The notes below the pieces were generated by a model. That model was not told where the DNA came from, made no database searches, and worked only from the letters and a program-made list of their open reading frames with translations. From positions 22,446,001-22,510,000 of the forward strand of contig CM119371.1 in the NCBI GenBank assembly GCA_051294905.1: a stretch of DNA of 64,000 bases, read 5' to 3'. The stretch is from Botryllus schlosseri. Its lineage: Eukaryota. This document shows positions 25,216 to 38,718 of the stretch, piece after piece. Made by a program: the position numbers and the translations under genes. The number at the start of each line of letters is the position of its first letter. Position 1 is the first letter of the stretch.

Positions 25216-26563
25216 CAGTGGTCGGGAACCTTTTTTGTCCGAAGAGCCATATTGGCCCTATTATTTCCATCTTAACTCCCAAAGAGCCACATGTCGATCA
25301 ACTGTTACGTAACAATTGAAAATTCGTGACGTTATGGTAGCACTAATCCGAACTCACTACATGGGATTTTTCGTATTTTATCTGTAAAAACTGGTATTTA
25401 TTGTTCGAAAATAAAGCTCGAAACGAGAGGTAAGGCACAGACGGGCCAAGCCTCATCCACCATTGCTAACGCAATTCATCGTAAGTAGCTCAGAATTTAT
25501 AATAACTGATATTAATCGAATGTGACTGTCACACTATCGAATGTAACTGCCACATTCGATAGTCAGACTGATTCCGAAAATCTAAATACTTATCGACTTC
25601 TCAATCCTCAAAGTATTCGGTGGTAACATAAGGTTGTATGGCGCGCGCTATGGCACGCTACCTGAGTATGGACTATACGCCGCGTTCCCTCTAGGGTCCG
25701 CAACAGAGAGTCGGCGGATACGTTGGCCAGCACTTTATTGTACAACATAAACCCGAACAGACTAAGGATAAAACATCGGATAAAATAGACAGCGTCGGTC
25801 GATCATCATACAAAAAGCCGGCTGTCGTCAGGTAGAGAAGCCAGCACAGAATCGGACGAATGTCTGCTTTAAATAGTCGGAATAGAGGCAGGGTCGCGCA
25901 CAATGATCAGCAATGATTGGTAATTAGATGATCCGACGTCAAGAGGGTATGTGCGGTACACCAATCCGCCATAGTTGCGCTACACGCCTACATTTTATCG
26001 CCGGTACTACACAGAGCTATACTTACCAATCAAGAACACGGATTGCTATGACGTTGTTAGTAATTCGAGTTTGTAATTGTGAATGTCACATCCACAACAG
26101 TTCATTTCACGCTGTAGATAAGGAAGTCAATGCGTATTTGAAAACTGCATTTTAAAATGGGCGTCGCCATGTCTGCTATGCTCTTTGATTAATCAACGTA
26201 TCGCAGAATTCAAGATTTCGAGGAAGGTACATAGAATTGGCGAGTGATATTGGCCGCCGGCGTGAAAGTAACTTAAATTTGAAGATTATGAAAAGAGGGG
26301 GTCTGAGCCCCTAAACCTGAAGACGGCATTGTCTTTACCTCTCACAGACATGTTTATTGTTTATACTGCCACGACGGGGCCTACGATATCGTAGGCCCCG
26401 GCCACGAGAATAATTATTCTGGCCGTCATAAAAATTTACCAACACGTCGCTACAATATTGGTCAACCGTCAACCCAGTACAAAAATAAATTTTTGGCAAA
26501 GAGTCATATCGTATACCCAAAAGAGCCATATATGGCTCGCGAGCCATAGGTTACCGGCCACTG
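25216..26563. mobile_element. hAT-type non-autonomous element
   Basis: TIRs CAGTGGTCGGGAACC/GGTTACCGGCCACTG, GAGCCA subterminal motifs, perfect TSD ACATAGAA. Confidence 0.85.
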
Positions 26564-28172
26564 ACATAGAATATACCTTGTCATTGCATGGCCCACGAAC
26601 CAAATACGGCTGTGAACCTGACTATGGCTGCGCCTCGAAAGATTGCTGGGAATCTATAATATGAAATCTACATTTGAATGTCAATGCATATGCTAACGTC
26701 AATGCGTTCGCTTGACGACCTGTTTATTTATGAAAAGTGTGTGGTCGGTCTAAACGTAGTCGAAATCCATATTCATTATCAATTCATTGAAGTAAAGTAT
26801 GCCATGTAAGTTTTAATGTAAGAATAAAAAACATCATCTATTTAAAAACAATATAACGCTATTGCTGAATATGTTAAAGTAGACGTCGTTGCTACTCCAG
26901 TAGAAGTAGAAGTATCTCAATGAATTTCTATACGTAATTACAAGCAGTATTAGCAACTTCCAAGGCATGTCAAAATCTGTCAAGTGGAATTAGACAATGA
27001 AAGGTCAAAACTTATTAAGTTGGTGGTTTCAAAATTTTAATTTGGTTAACGGGTGACATACTTCAAGCCAGTGATCCTCAACCAGTATGTGCTGCGGCAC
27101 ACTAGTGTGCCTATTGTACAGCTTTGTCACCGCGAGAAAATGTGTTCTGTGGAACAAGGACGAAGCATAACAAAAATGATATATTGGTGAATAATCCTAG
27201 AATTATCAACGAAAAACTCAAATAACTCTGCTTGTGGTAGTTGGAATTGAGTCAAATTTGTTTTGCATCGTCTCTGAAGACACCTCAACAATTGCATGGG
27301 GTTGACAAAAAATTTAAATTAAAAAAAACAAATCCCTGATAAATTAAAATTTTAAATGGATCTGCGGAGCCTTATACTTATTATAATTGAACCAAAAATT
27401 GGTGTGCAGCGTTATTTATAGTGACGTGACAATTGAAACACTGAATAGCTGGAATCCAAAAAAAAGATATTTTTGAACAGCCCTACTGCACAGTTTCCAG
27501 TTAAAGTCTTGTTAACGCACTTTTTATAATAACTCTGTTTGGAGAGATCGAATGACTCGAATTGATAATATACTACATTTCCTCACTTTTAGCAGTTTCT
27601 GCTCGCATTTTCAAGTACCAGTACCAATAGACAAAATCTTAATAGTCTGGTTACTTTACTATTCTTCGAGATTACAATCAAATGTCGGCCTTGGCCGCCT
27701 GAGTCTTGAGTCATATTACTTGGTTCTAGTCAAGCGCAATAACTCGAGTGCAAGTCAGGTCAATAAACGGATTGACTTGAGTCCTGTTTAACATAACAGT
27801 GCACTATATAAGCAGTGCTCAGAAACGTGTAAATTTGCAGAATTTAAATGATGCTGCGGTATAATAATGTATATAGAGGATATGGTGAAATGAAGCACGG
27901 GAGCATTAACATAACCTGCGACTAATAAGTTTCACGACTTTATTTCGATACGCTGACTGACATGTGAATCACAGGCCAACACGTTGTTGGAATTTAGCAT
28001 ACACTGCATTACACAAATCACAACGAGCTTTGGAGGTTATGATTTATTGATATCACTGTTCCCTGTCGTCACCCTACTTTAGAATGACTATTATTGATCA
28101 CGTTGTTAGATTGTGGTGAAGAGGAATTAATTCTACATGAAGCCATGTCGATGGGATAACCTATCGCGCTGC

Positions 28173-28244
28173 GCTGTGATCGTATAGTGGTTAGTACCTC
28201 ACGTTGTGGCCGTGATAACCCAGGTTCGAATCCTGGTCACAGCA
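28173..28244 (+). tRNA. tRNA-His(GUG), copy 4 (consensus, intact)
   Basis: Intact cloverleaf, anticodon GTG, followed by TTTT. Confidence 0.95.
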
Positions 28245-29975
28245 CGTTTTACTGTTTTCGCTCATGTTATAATCAACGTCTGCAGGCTATATCACGCATT
28301 CCAATCGACATTGAATTACTCTGACGCTCGTTATTGCCTGGCCGGATATAAGGCTACGTAGAGGAACGAGACATATGCCTAGCAACTTGGTTGGAAGCAT
28401 TTTGTGTGACGCCCTACATTTCGCAACGATAGAAAAAGAGGTATTCTATTAAGGTGCCCCATATATGCCCATTTCTCCATATAGCCTCATCGTGTATATT
28501 GTGTCCGTGCAAACTGCATAGCAATACCAACAATACAAAGAAATGTAAGAAAAAATTGCTGCGGCCAGGCATTTATGAGTAGGTTTACCACATTTTGGGA
28601 TCCGAAAATAACGAGACTTTTCAAAAATTCTGAAAGCTCTGGTATACTGGAAAAAGAAAACTGGTGATTTTAGAAATTATTCGACCAATAGCACTGTGTT
28701 GCGTGAAAAAATGGTCATCTTTTCAACTCGACTCCTGAATTACCCGACTCTACCCCAGTTCAGCGGTGTTGACTAAAAAACGTTATCTTTTCCATATCAT
28801 CTCCCATATTACCCCTCCCGTCGTATTTTTCGTTGTTTGTCTTGGCACCACTGATGTTCGCCGCGTCATAGTCGAGTTTTTGATCGCGTTTCAATACTTT
28901 ATCTAGATAACGAGGACAAATTCCCCCAAAAGAGGACATTCCGGCGTCATCCGAGGACACTTTCCATTTATTGACAAAAGACGACAAATCTTATTAAAAA
29001 ACCCTAATATAATATAAGTTCACTCGTTCAAAGCACGATTAGATTGCTACGCGGGGCAAACTAGAAAGACAAGGCGTATTTGAAACCATTTGGAATAGTC
29101 TGTCAATCAAACATCCACCTCTATCTGCAGATATAGATATGAAGGAACATGCAAATAAAAGCCATACCCAATAAACAGTGCAAACCGAGTGAAAAGCACC
29201 AGATGCTAACATAAATATGTCAAGCAATATGGAAAGAAACCGACTGAGTCGGTAGGCGAAGTCGATATATCATGTCGAGGTCCGGTAATCTCGACCGCAG
29301 ACTCATATTCATTCAATAGAATCTGCATGTATTTTGTCTTAAAACGTGGGCATGCTCGGCGACTTAAGGATTGCCACTTGCCAGCAAGATAGTGCTCTAC
29401 AGTCATGGTCCGTTATACTTGATAGAGACTTGCGTTCGCTTGTATTTACTGCTGATCGATTGATAATTGAACAATGGCGACTCAAGTGTCTTGAACTTAT
29501 GCTGTTGTACTTGCGCTCGAGAGCAGATACATTGATTCGAGTGTGATTGCGAACGCTTGTGTATATATAAGTATTCAATCGAAGGCTTCGAAATAACTTG
29601 TACAATGTCCGGTACATTGATGGGTTGAGTAACTTTTCACACCGTTCGACATAAACAATGTTGCGAATTGATTTCTAATTGAAATCTGGACATCGCCGAT
29701 TAAACGCACAATTGTTCAAACTTGGAATAGTGGAATCTCATTGTTGTAGATACTGCCGCTACCCTGAAACCGTGGAGTAGGCCTACTTTATGGTCAGTTG
29801 TCCAAAATATGGTTTTCATCGGAAATTTCTTAAATATAAATCTGCTCAATGAAAGTGAATTTTTGTATTGCCGATTAACTCCTTGATTTTCAAATAAACT
29901 CTCATGTCGTTGAATTTGTGTTATCGTCGATTTCTCGGGTAACCCATTCCTCGGCTGGGTGGCCCATCTGGTTGC

Positions 29976-30047
29976 GCTGTGATCGTATAGTGGTTAGTAC
30001 CTCACGTTGTGGCCGTGATAACCCAGGTTCGAATCATGGTCACAGCA
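29976..30047 (+). tRNA. tRNA-His(GUG), copy 5 (one T-stem/B-box substitution)
   Basis: Consensus sequence except CCAGG-TTCGAAT-CATGG; T6 terminator. Confidence 0.8.
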
Positions 30048-30687
30048 TATTTTTTATTATCCCTAATTGAGATGCTATTGTATCGAAGACTCCATATCAT
30101 CAGGTCTGCCGGTAAATTTGTTCACGCATATGCAGTATATTCCAATTCCAATACTATTGCCCATATTCATTTATTCACTTTGAAAAATATTCGCGCTTGG
30201 CACGATTAGTAAACAGATACGCACTCATTTTAATGACAATATTATTAGCGATGTTGGTGCGCAGTTACCCAATAGTCATGAACAGCTTAGTCTCGCGTTT
30301 GCTGTGAATCGGCGTAAAATCGGACTTGGCTTCCATATAGAAAGACATGCCGCGTGTGTGTGCCTGTGTGGGTCTCACTGATTCGTTTGTACAAAGAGTA
30401 TTAGTGGTGGAATTCCCTGTAGAAAGATTGTATTAATCACCATATTTGGTTACAATGCGATCGTTTATTGTTGGTTAACAAATGGATGTTATGGCCCTTC
30501 ATGGAACAAACACTTTGTGGTCTCAAACTCATCCTATATATTTGCCCGACCCAAAACCTGGTTTCTGGCTACGCCCGCGTACTACATATGTGTTATTCAT
30601 CGTACAGCCTTTAACACGTCAATCACTATTACGGGGTAAATTCATAGAAATAATATATATGTGTGTATGCATTATTGTATATATATA

Positions 30688-31365
30688 TCAAAGTATCGAT
30701 GGTTTTCTAAAACCAAATAATTCGAAATCTAGTCGATAACGTTTGTATATGTCTTCGATAGTTTTGGTAGAAACTGACGCTAAGTAGCCATTCACTTTCT
30801 CCTGGTCTGTTTGCCTTGACGACGCGTAATTTGCAGGAAAAGCAATGTTCTCCATGTTCACAAGCTTCATGAACGCAGCCATGTCGTCGTTGATGGTTTC
30901 GACATGTAAGATAAAGTCATACCGTATCGTGCACGGTAGACACAGGTCTTGGTATAAACTCCAATGACGATCACGCCTTTTATCCATGGCTGCGTACCGC
31001 AAAAATTCACCGAACGTCGCCGATATGTCACGCCGGCTGTCGCCTGATATGATCGTATGAATCATCCGTGATATATTTTTATATTCTCTATTCCAAGAAT
31101 ATTCTCTTTCGAGTTTGGACCTGTAGGCGGACAAAAGTCTGTAAAGAGGATCGCGGACAATGATGAGTCTTTTGTAAGTCTTTAACTTTTTAGATATTTC
31201 TTTTGAGTTCCGCAGCTTTCTCAGATTTAATTTAGCGTTGGTTAATTGGACAGCGAATCCCGATTCGACTTTGGCCAGGCTTGATGTATTCACCAGCTTT
31301 TCGGCTGCAACGAGTACTTTCTTCATACTCGAACTCGCACACTTAGGTATCTCGCAGAGAATGAA
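30688..31365 (-). CDS. CHST-like paralog B, exon 3
   Basis: 678 nt, same length as paralog A exon 3. Acceptor ctacag|TTC; motifs FILCEIPKCASSS and IVRDPLYRLLSAY. Confidence 0.9.
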   Translation of the reverse strand, partial: FILCEIPKCASSSMKKVLVAAEKLVNTSSLAKVESGFAVQLTNAKLNLRKLRNSKEISKKLKTYKRLIIVRDPLYRLLSAYRSKLEREYSWNREYKNISRMIHTIISGDSRRDISATFGEFLRYAAMDKRRDRHWSLYQDLCLPCTIRYDFILHVETINDDMAAFMKLVNMENIAFPANYASSRQTDQEKVNGYLASVSTKTIEDIYKRYRLDFELFGFRKPSIL

Positions 31366-31573
31366 CTGTAGAGAGAATGACTCGTTAAGTTTCAACCAGC
31401 TAATGTTCTGTCATAGACGTTGAATGCGGTAAAGGCACAGAAGTCACCCTGTGAAATCACCAGAGATAGTGATCCAACATGTTACACATAAGCAAACGCA
31501 AAAAGATTCATATATTTCACGACTCAACGAAATTCCTAGGCTCCGGCATCTGTTTTGGTCGTACGCTCATACC

Positions 31574-32259
31574 CAGTGGTGGCCTTACGATTGGGGGGCC
31601 CTGGGCGATACTTCCGGGGGGCCCCTCCCTATCTAAATTATCGCAACCCAGACCCCCCTCACTAACTCTTGATGATACTTTTATTGTTCTGCACCTCGTA
31701 GGCCCTATACACTGTTCCGGTAGTGCATTGTCTGTACTTCATGATAAAGCTTTCAGCATATAAAATAATGTCATGCCACAGTACAATAAACGACTTGGCA
31801 TATTCGAAAACAAGTGACTCAAGCGAACTATAGCGCGTTTCGAGACCTACCTATTTAAAAAAATTATGGGATGTAGCTAAGGCCTTTAGCTAATGGCAAA
31901 ATGGATGGAGATCATCAAATCAAAGTGAGCTCTTGCAACTAGTGCAGAAATTTAATGATCGACTACTGCTTACGGTACCATATTCTACATTGGTGCATGG
32001 ATTTTTGTGGTTATTCATAAAATGATTACTAAAAAATGAGAATTGATGATTTGTCTTTACGGCACAATACCATATTCTTTATGGATACAAGGATTCCGCG
32101 GTTATTCAGAAAATGGTAATACTTGAAAAAAAAGCGCGTAAACCAGAGAAATAGTTGGGAAAAGCGCGTGAACCGAGGAGGGGGGGCTCGAAAGCGCGTA
32201 AATCAACCAGGGGGGCCCTAGGCGACCGCCTACCTCGCCTACCCCAAAAGCCACCACTG
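31574..32259. mobile_element. hAT-type MITE in intron 2 of paralog B
   Basis: TIRs CAGTGGTGGC/GCCACCACTG; perfect TSD CTCATACC; absent in paralog A. Confidence 0.85.
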
Positions 32260-33039
32260 CTCATACCCATGGCTCGGTGAGTCAGTTCCAGGGACAACGA
32301 GATAGGGATAGGTTCGGATGTTCAGGCAGTGCCTCGCCATTCGCCAGGAAAATAAGTGAATCAAGATTTTGAAACTTTCAATATTTATTGGTATTCGCCT
32401 GGTGATGCTCTTGAATTTTGGACATTTTTGACACTCCAAGTATCACAGAGACGAGACAAGTCTCACCTTTGATATCGTTGTTCAACCGAAACAACTATTA
32501 CATTTATGAATTGATATAAATTGAATTTTATTGTCGCACTCGAAATCCAGAATATTAAATAATATCTTTATAATATTTATTCGCAATAAAACTTGTAAAT
32601 AAACACGTAATTCGGGAAGCAATTTTCCCATTAAGGAACTGGAGAGATTGAGGTAACTTTTTAAATTTCAGTAATAGAGTCAAATTGGTATTCCTTTGCA
32701 ATACAGGAAGTGATTACAGAATTGCGGCAGATTAAGAATTGCAGAAGTAGAGATGATTGTAAATGATGAATTGCAGTTACAGATATTATGCTGTGATTTT
32801 CGAGTACAAGTGGTATTTATTCCAGTGGCGCATTCAAGGTGTTCCTAGGAATATGCGCAGTGCCCAATACTGTGATCCTTTGGATCATGTCGAATCGAAC
32901 GTTTCTCGGAATCTGTTGGATTTGTCTCATGAATCATTTGCTTGCGACCCCTGTAACGCGAGTGACTATCGGTACAATGTTTGTTTTGTACCGACACATT
33001 TTTCACAGTCTATTTTGAGATCTGCATTAGGGATGGTGT

Positions 33040-33370
33040 GAAAGTGAGGTTCACGTTTTTCTGATTCCTTTTGTTGAATGTTTTGAACAGCTTGCACGGC
33101 AAGTTCAATGAATAAGCATTCTCTTTCCGTCTTTAGTTTGATTATCATGTCCGTACGGTTGCTCCCTATTTCGCGGTCAGTTATGATTGGTACATCCCAC
33201 AGAATTTTCACGTGGTCGTTTTCTGTCAGTGGTACTGGACTGTAATCCTACCAATTTTCCTTGTCGAGATAGTAATGTTGAAATGATTGCATAATTCAAG
33301 ATGAATGTTGTGGCCGATTCTGTCGTGTCTCCATGTGCATTATTATATTCTTTATTCACAGTAGAACTGT
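33040..33370 (-). mobile_element. R4/Dong-like non-LTR retrotransposon fragment (restriction-like endonuclease)
   Basis: Minus-strand frames give RHDRIGHNIHLELC and ILWDVPIITDREIGSNRTDMII...CLFIELAV, typical of the REL domain. Confidence 0.7.
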
Positions 33371-33523
33371 TAATCACATACATAATCCGGGGGGCAACCT
33401 GCCCCCGGAGGAAAATGTCGGGATTTGAGTATTTTTTTCAAATTTCAGTAATACAGCCACATTTTTATTCCTATGCAATGCATGAAGATGTCAGATTACA
33501 GAATTGCGATAGATGTCATTCAC

Positions 33524-33778
33524 CTTATGATTATCCGAGTACAGCAGTTTGACCTGCCGATGCAGCCTTGTCACGTCAAATTCGTCACTGATGGTTCCCA
33601 AATTGTGACGCTTACATTCTTCCCGAAGCAGCGACCGACGCCGATTTTGTACTTCGTTAAACCTGCCTTCATCTGCAGTTGGGCGAATATCGTCCTGTGT
33701 GAAAGGCGTCGTCGATTTTATACGTTCCAGCGCTCCCCTCACTACAGGTGCCGGCGAGCTTGTTGGATAACAGACAAG
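33524..33778 (-). CDS. CHST-like paralog B, exon 2
   Basis: Acceptor tttgcag|CTT and donor AAG|gtgaat, 255 nt, phase 0; RRSLLREECK...LLYSDNHK. Confidence 0.82.
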
Positions 33779-34604
33779 CTGCAAAGAATGGAATAGGAAA
33801 GGTGTTCGGTACTGACTACCGAAGAGAAGTCAAAACAGAGAGGGTCAAATTATAGGGGTACTCAAAATATGCAGTTTCAAAACAGTACGTCATTCAAATA
33901 GGTAGTGTGAAACAGCGAGTCTCATGATAGGCAGCCAATAATGTTACTGAGTCAGTCAATGGTAGCGGTAAGCGATAAAGTCCGGTTTAGTAATCGGCTC
34001 AACTTGGGAAACCCTTGTGCTATCCTTGCCCATTTGGGTGAATCCCAAATTTTCTCTGAGTCACAAAAACAAACATCGACCACAGAAATATGCCACGATT
34101 ACGCTAATTAGAGCGAAATGTCATTATCCTAATTTTAATCTGACCTGTGGAATCTTTCTCTGCTATAATTTCTTGTTATCGTGAAAATGCTCCTGGAGAA
34201 CTGCGTGGTGCTAAACCAGCCGAGCTTGGTGTACTAACATATCCCACTCTCATACTTGTGAAAAGAATTTGATATGAACTTAACTTGTTATTTTGTTGCA
34301 TACTTCTTACTCATTCTGAATTTAAGTTAATTCAAATCATATAATTTCGAAAAGCAGACTCTGGTCTAACTGTGACCACGTTGTATACGAAATAAATTAT
34401 TTTCAAATACCGCTTCAAAAGAACAAACTGTGCATCAACGACAGTGTCAAAAGAAGGAAAAAAAGCATTCAAACATGGTTTTAATACAAAGCAACTATTT
34501 ACTGCGTATCAGTGTGACTTCAGCTGTATGACTCAGTCTTCAACCCTGCGTAACTCATAAGTGAGCCCCGGTTAAGAACGACGGCGTTACGGTGAGGGTT
34601 AGAG

Positions 34605-35903
34605 CAGTGATTCCCAAGTGCAGCCCCGAGGGCCGCATGCGGCCCCCAGATGGCCTTCTTGCGGCCCCCAAAAACATATTAGGAAATCGATTTATGACAA
34701 AAAATAAAATTTATATTTATAACATACTCATCATCTTGCTTGGCTTGGCCTCTGTAGTTTTTAATTACAGAATTGCAGCGTTGGCCATGACCGCACCACA
34801 ACTCACCAACACATATAAAGTTTTAGGCCATGTAGCATGTGACTCCAAGAAGTGTGCCAGAACGATCGGCAGCGAGAAAGCCTTGGCCGTAAAGGACTGC
34901 TTTTTTGCTGACCAAAAACTTTGAAATACCAAAAAATTCGTTTTAGATACAAAATACGTATAGGTTTAATTGTCCATATAGGCGCCTAAATGACTGGCGC
35001 CGAATGTTCTTGTCTTGGCAATCTGAACCTCCCAAGACAAATACCACCCCACAGGAAAGAAAAATATATGCCAGTGAAGAAATGCCAATCTGAAATCGTG
35101 TGATCTTTCAGTTTAGTAGGTTTAGGCAATTCTACATTTTTTGATATGGCAGACAGGAGGTAACGAAATAACACCATGTAAAGAAGTCATACCTAGGGGT
35201 CCGCCCGCCCGAAGATGTTTAATTTCACGGGGTCTGCAGTTTCAAAGACACTTCTCACTCAGCTCTACCGGTATATCTGATTACGTTGGCAAAGAGGACA
35301 ACCATGCAATTCCCGATCATCTTATTCACCGATTTTATCATGAATTATCGAAATATTCGCGCGTCGCGCTGTCTCACTATAAACAGTACAACTTTAATTT
35401 CGTGGCAAAAGCGAACAACGTGATGTGGGGTCAGTTTATCACCCTATGGGAGCCTGTAGTCCTGACGAAGTGCTGTTACGTTCCTGCCAACGGGTATACC
35501 GCCGGAGATGTTTAATTACTATTAAGGGGGCCAATACCTTTTCAAACACCTCACTCAGCTCTACCGGTAAATCAGTTTACGTGAACAGAGACAGAATGAA
35601 CATTGATAGCAATACATGCAATTACCGATCATATTGACCGATTCAGTCATGAAACTAAAGAAATTTCTCACGCTTCGCGCGTTTAGGCCAGGAAAGCTGA
35701 TTCACTCAACGGACAATCAATGCAGCAGATAAGTAGCGGTAAACAGTGAACAGTTTTGAAATCTCGCCAGGGCAATAAAACTACTCCGAAATAGCCACGA
35801 TGACTGTTTGGGTCCGTTTCATAGCCGTAGTATTCGTGCGGCCCCGACCGTACTCTGAAATTCTAAATTTGGCCCTCACACCGTAAAAGTTTGGGAACCA
35901 CTG
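34605..35903. mobile_element. hAT-type non-autonomous element
   Basis: TIRs CAGTGATTCCCAA/TTGGGAACCACTG; TSD GGTTAGAG/GTTTAGAG. Confidence 0.8.
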
Positions 35904-35992
35904 GTTTAGAGTGACGTTAGGATTGATTTACGTTAGGATTCAGGTTAGCCTTTATTGTGGTTAGTGCTACAGGTAGGGTTAGATATACTTAC

Positions 35993-36088
35993 CAAATGTC
36001 TGCCATTGATCAATATGTAGAATACAATAACCGCGCCAAATAGTATAAACATATGTCTCGTTCTAGGACTATTCCCTATCGCCGGCAT
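35993..36088 (-). CDS. CHST-like paralog B, exon 1
   Basis: 96-nt exon MPAIGNSPRTRHMFILFGAVIVFYILINGRHL followed by gtaagt; hydrophobic signal-anchor. Confidence 0.78.
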
Positions 36089-36158
36089 ATCGCTGGCGAT
36101 AAAGTCGCTTAAATCTTGAATTATCTGCAATACGTAAACACAAATCGTTCGCTTACAG

Positions 36159-38718
36159 CAGGGGCGGGCAACATACGGCCCGCGGGCCGGATCCGGCCCG
36201 CGAAGGGATTTTGTCCGACCGCGGAGAGTTTTCCGTCTTACATGATAATGTGGCCGGCGGCCCCAGTCTGCCGAGATTCCCCACTATACTCGCCTATATA
36301 TACGTCAAATTTTAGTGACTGTATGTTATTATTAGGGCAAGTTTTTGTTGCACTAAAATCGCGATAAGTTGCATTTATTTTTACCAAAAGTTGCTGTAAA
36401 AAGTTGTATTTATAATTTTTGTTGAATTATTGGGGTATGAGATACCCGAAAGGTTCCGTTGTATAACTTTGTTCCTGCAGAACTGTCAAATTTCTTACTT
36501 TATGGCCATTTAACGCAAGGTCTGGCGAAACCGCCCAAAAGTATATTTTTACCGGCACATAGCGGGAAAATTACGCAATGCGGGAATAATTTCCCCAAAC
36601 AAGTCAAACAGCATAGCTACAAACCCCTCCTCTAAATCAAGTCAAATACCACACCCAAAATCTCCTGCAAACTAGACCCAAGGCGTTGCAGAGAAACACA
36701 CTCTTGGCGACTTTAACAAAACATATAGCCTGAATAAGGTGACCTAGCGAAATTGTAATTTTCGGCGGTCCCGCCTGGGCGTTCGTGAAATGGGAAAATA
36801 TACCTCAAATTTAAACGAGAGTATTAATAAAGCGAGCTATTTACACATTGTTCGGACACGGTCGTGCTTGGATGGGGTATAGTTGAAGTTCTTACTTGCA
36901 AGCCATTGTGTCATAGATAACACAGTGATATGCAGCTAACCCTTCATATAGCTCTTTGTTATGCAAATCAAAGAGAATAGAACCATACTAGAAATAGTTT
37001 ATAGCAAGTTTTTAAATCACTCCTTTACATTTTGACGCAATATTTGATCAAAGTTGCAGTAAAAATTGGTATGAAAAATAGAGAAAAGTTACAAAAAGTT
37101 GCACTAGAAAATCCTTCCAAACAGCTTAAAACATCATAGTACAGTTTCTAAATATCTAGGGAGCTGTAGGATGCCGTAAAAAAAGTTACAGAAGTTGCAC
37201 AAAATTGCCCTAATCGTTATATACGTGTTTTGTATACGCAGCGTTGCGAGAGTGGACCTTACGCGTAAGTTCGTCGAAGCGATAAAATATGCATTATCGG
37301 CATTTACGATGCACTCAACCCTAATGTCGTCTGTGGTAATCATGATTTTTATCGACTACAATAGTCATTTACACCAGGCTGATATTTCTTACTTTTGATA
37401 ACGTAGCCGTCGACTTGTAGCACAGACTTGGACAACTAGAAAATTACAGCTTTTCCAACTTAGATTAGAATTAGAATTAGAGCTACACATTTTTTCCAAA
37501 TTAGATTAAAATTCGAATTAGAGCTACACATTTTTTTCCAAATTAGATTAAAATTCGAATTAGAGCTACACATTTTTTTTCCAAATTAAATTAGAATTAG
37601 GATTAGAATTACTGAAATCGCAAAAACCTGAAAATTGAATGAAATTATGAATGAGAAATGAATAGAGCCAAAAGTTCAGTTCATATCACGTCAGAGTGCA
37701 TTCACATAACCATGACAATGGTTATGGTTAACGTCTGTACACCAAGCTTGGTTCTTTTTGCTCTGTATACCAGGGGTCATCAACATGCGGCCCACGAGGT
37801 CATATTTTGCGGTCGGCGATCTGATTCGTGATTTCGGAAGAACGCGAAATAAAAGATTTTGAAAAGATGAAATTGATTTCATTTTCAAATTATTGTTGTT
37901 GTTTCAAAAAAGCTATTTGCCTGTGCCCAATAACACTATTCATCACTAGCTGAAATGGCTTCGGCGATGGCAACAGCATTCCATAGATTGAGAATCAGCT
38001 GATATGAACAAGCATATTTCCTTGACGTGCGATAGCTCGGACACTGCCAAGACCGAGACGCTTAGAAAACGGCCTATGGTCATGCCTACGAGTTCTCGAA
38101 CAGCAGCAGCCTTGAGATGAGGAAAATTTTTTTCTCTTTTCCAGTAACTCAAAACAACACACTCCATGATCACACTCTCTGCTGCGAAATATCTTTCCAC
38201 CTCATCCTCCAATATATTTTCTTTGGTTAGATTTGAAGTAACCACCCTCTTCTTTGTTGGTGTAGTTGAGGGCATGAAAGTGAACAAACTTGTCATTGCA
38301 CTTTTTTTCTTCGCTGTTGTACTGTTTGTGATCGAAACTAGAATGATGTTTGCAGACTACAATGCCAATATGGCTATCATTCGTCGCAAAATACCTACTA
38401 TTATGATCGCATACGGTGTAAATAATGCGATGGCGACTTGTCACTAGATTCCCTTTGCGAGAGGGATGTTCTTGTTAACTCGCTGCAAAATGCCGCGGAA
38501 AACCGGCATGTTTCAGGAAAACAATAAATTAGATTAGAATAAAAATTAGAGCATAGGAATATTTCGCAAATTAGATTAGAATTGGAATTAGAACACAACA
38601 ACAAATCGCAAATTAGACAAGAATTATAATTAGAGCATAGAAACATTTCGCAAAGTAGATTAGAAGTACTTAATTTTCCTATATCCGGCCCGCCGACTGT
38701 AGAAGTTGCCCGCCCCTG
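36159..38718. mobile_element. CAGGGGCGGGCAAC-family hAT element with nested insertions, 70 bp upstream of the paralog B ATG
   Basis: Perfect 14-bp TIRs; perfect TSD GCTTACAG. A nested segment has ATTAGA repeats and a hAT dimerization remnant (EVERYF...VLSYWKREKNFPHL, ORF 37946-38296). Confidence 0.85.
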
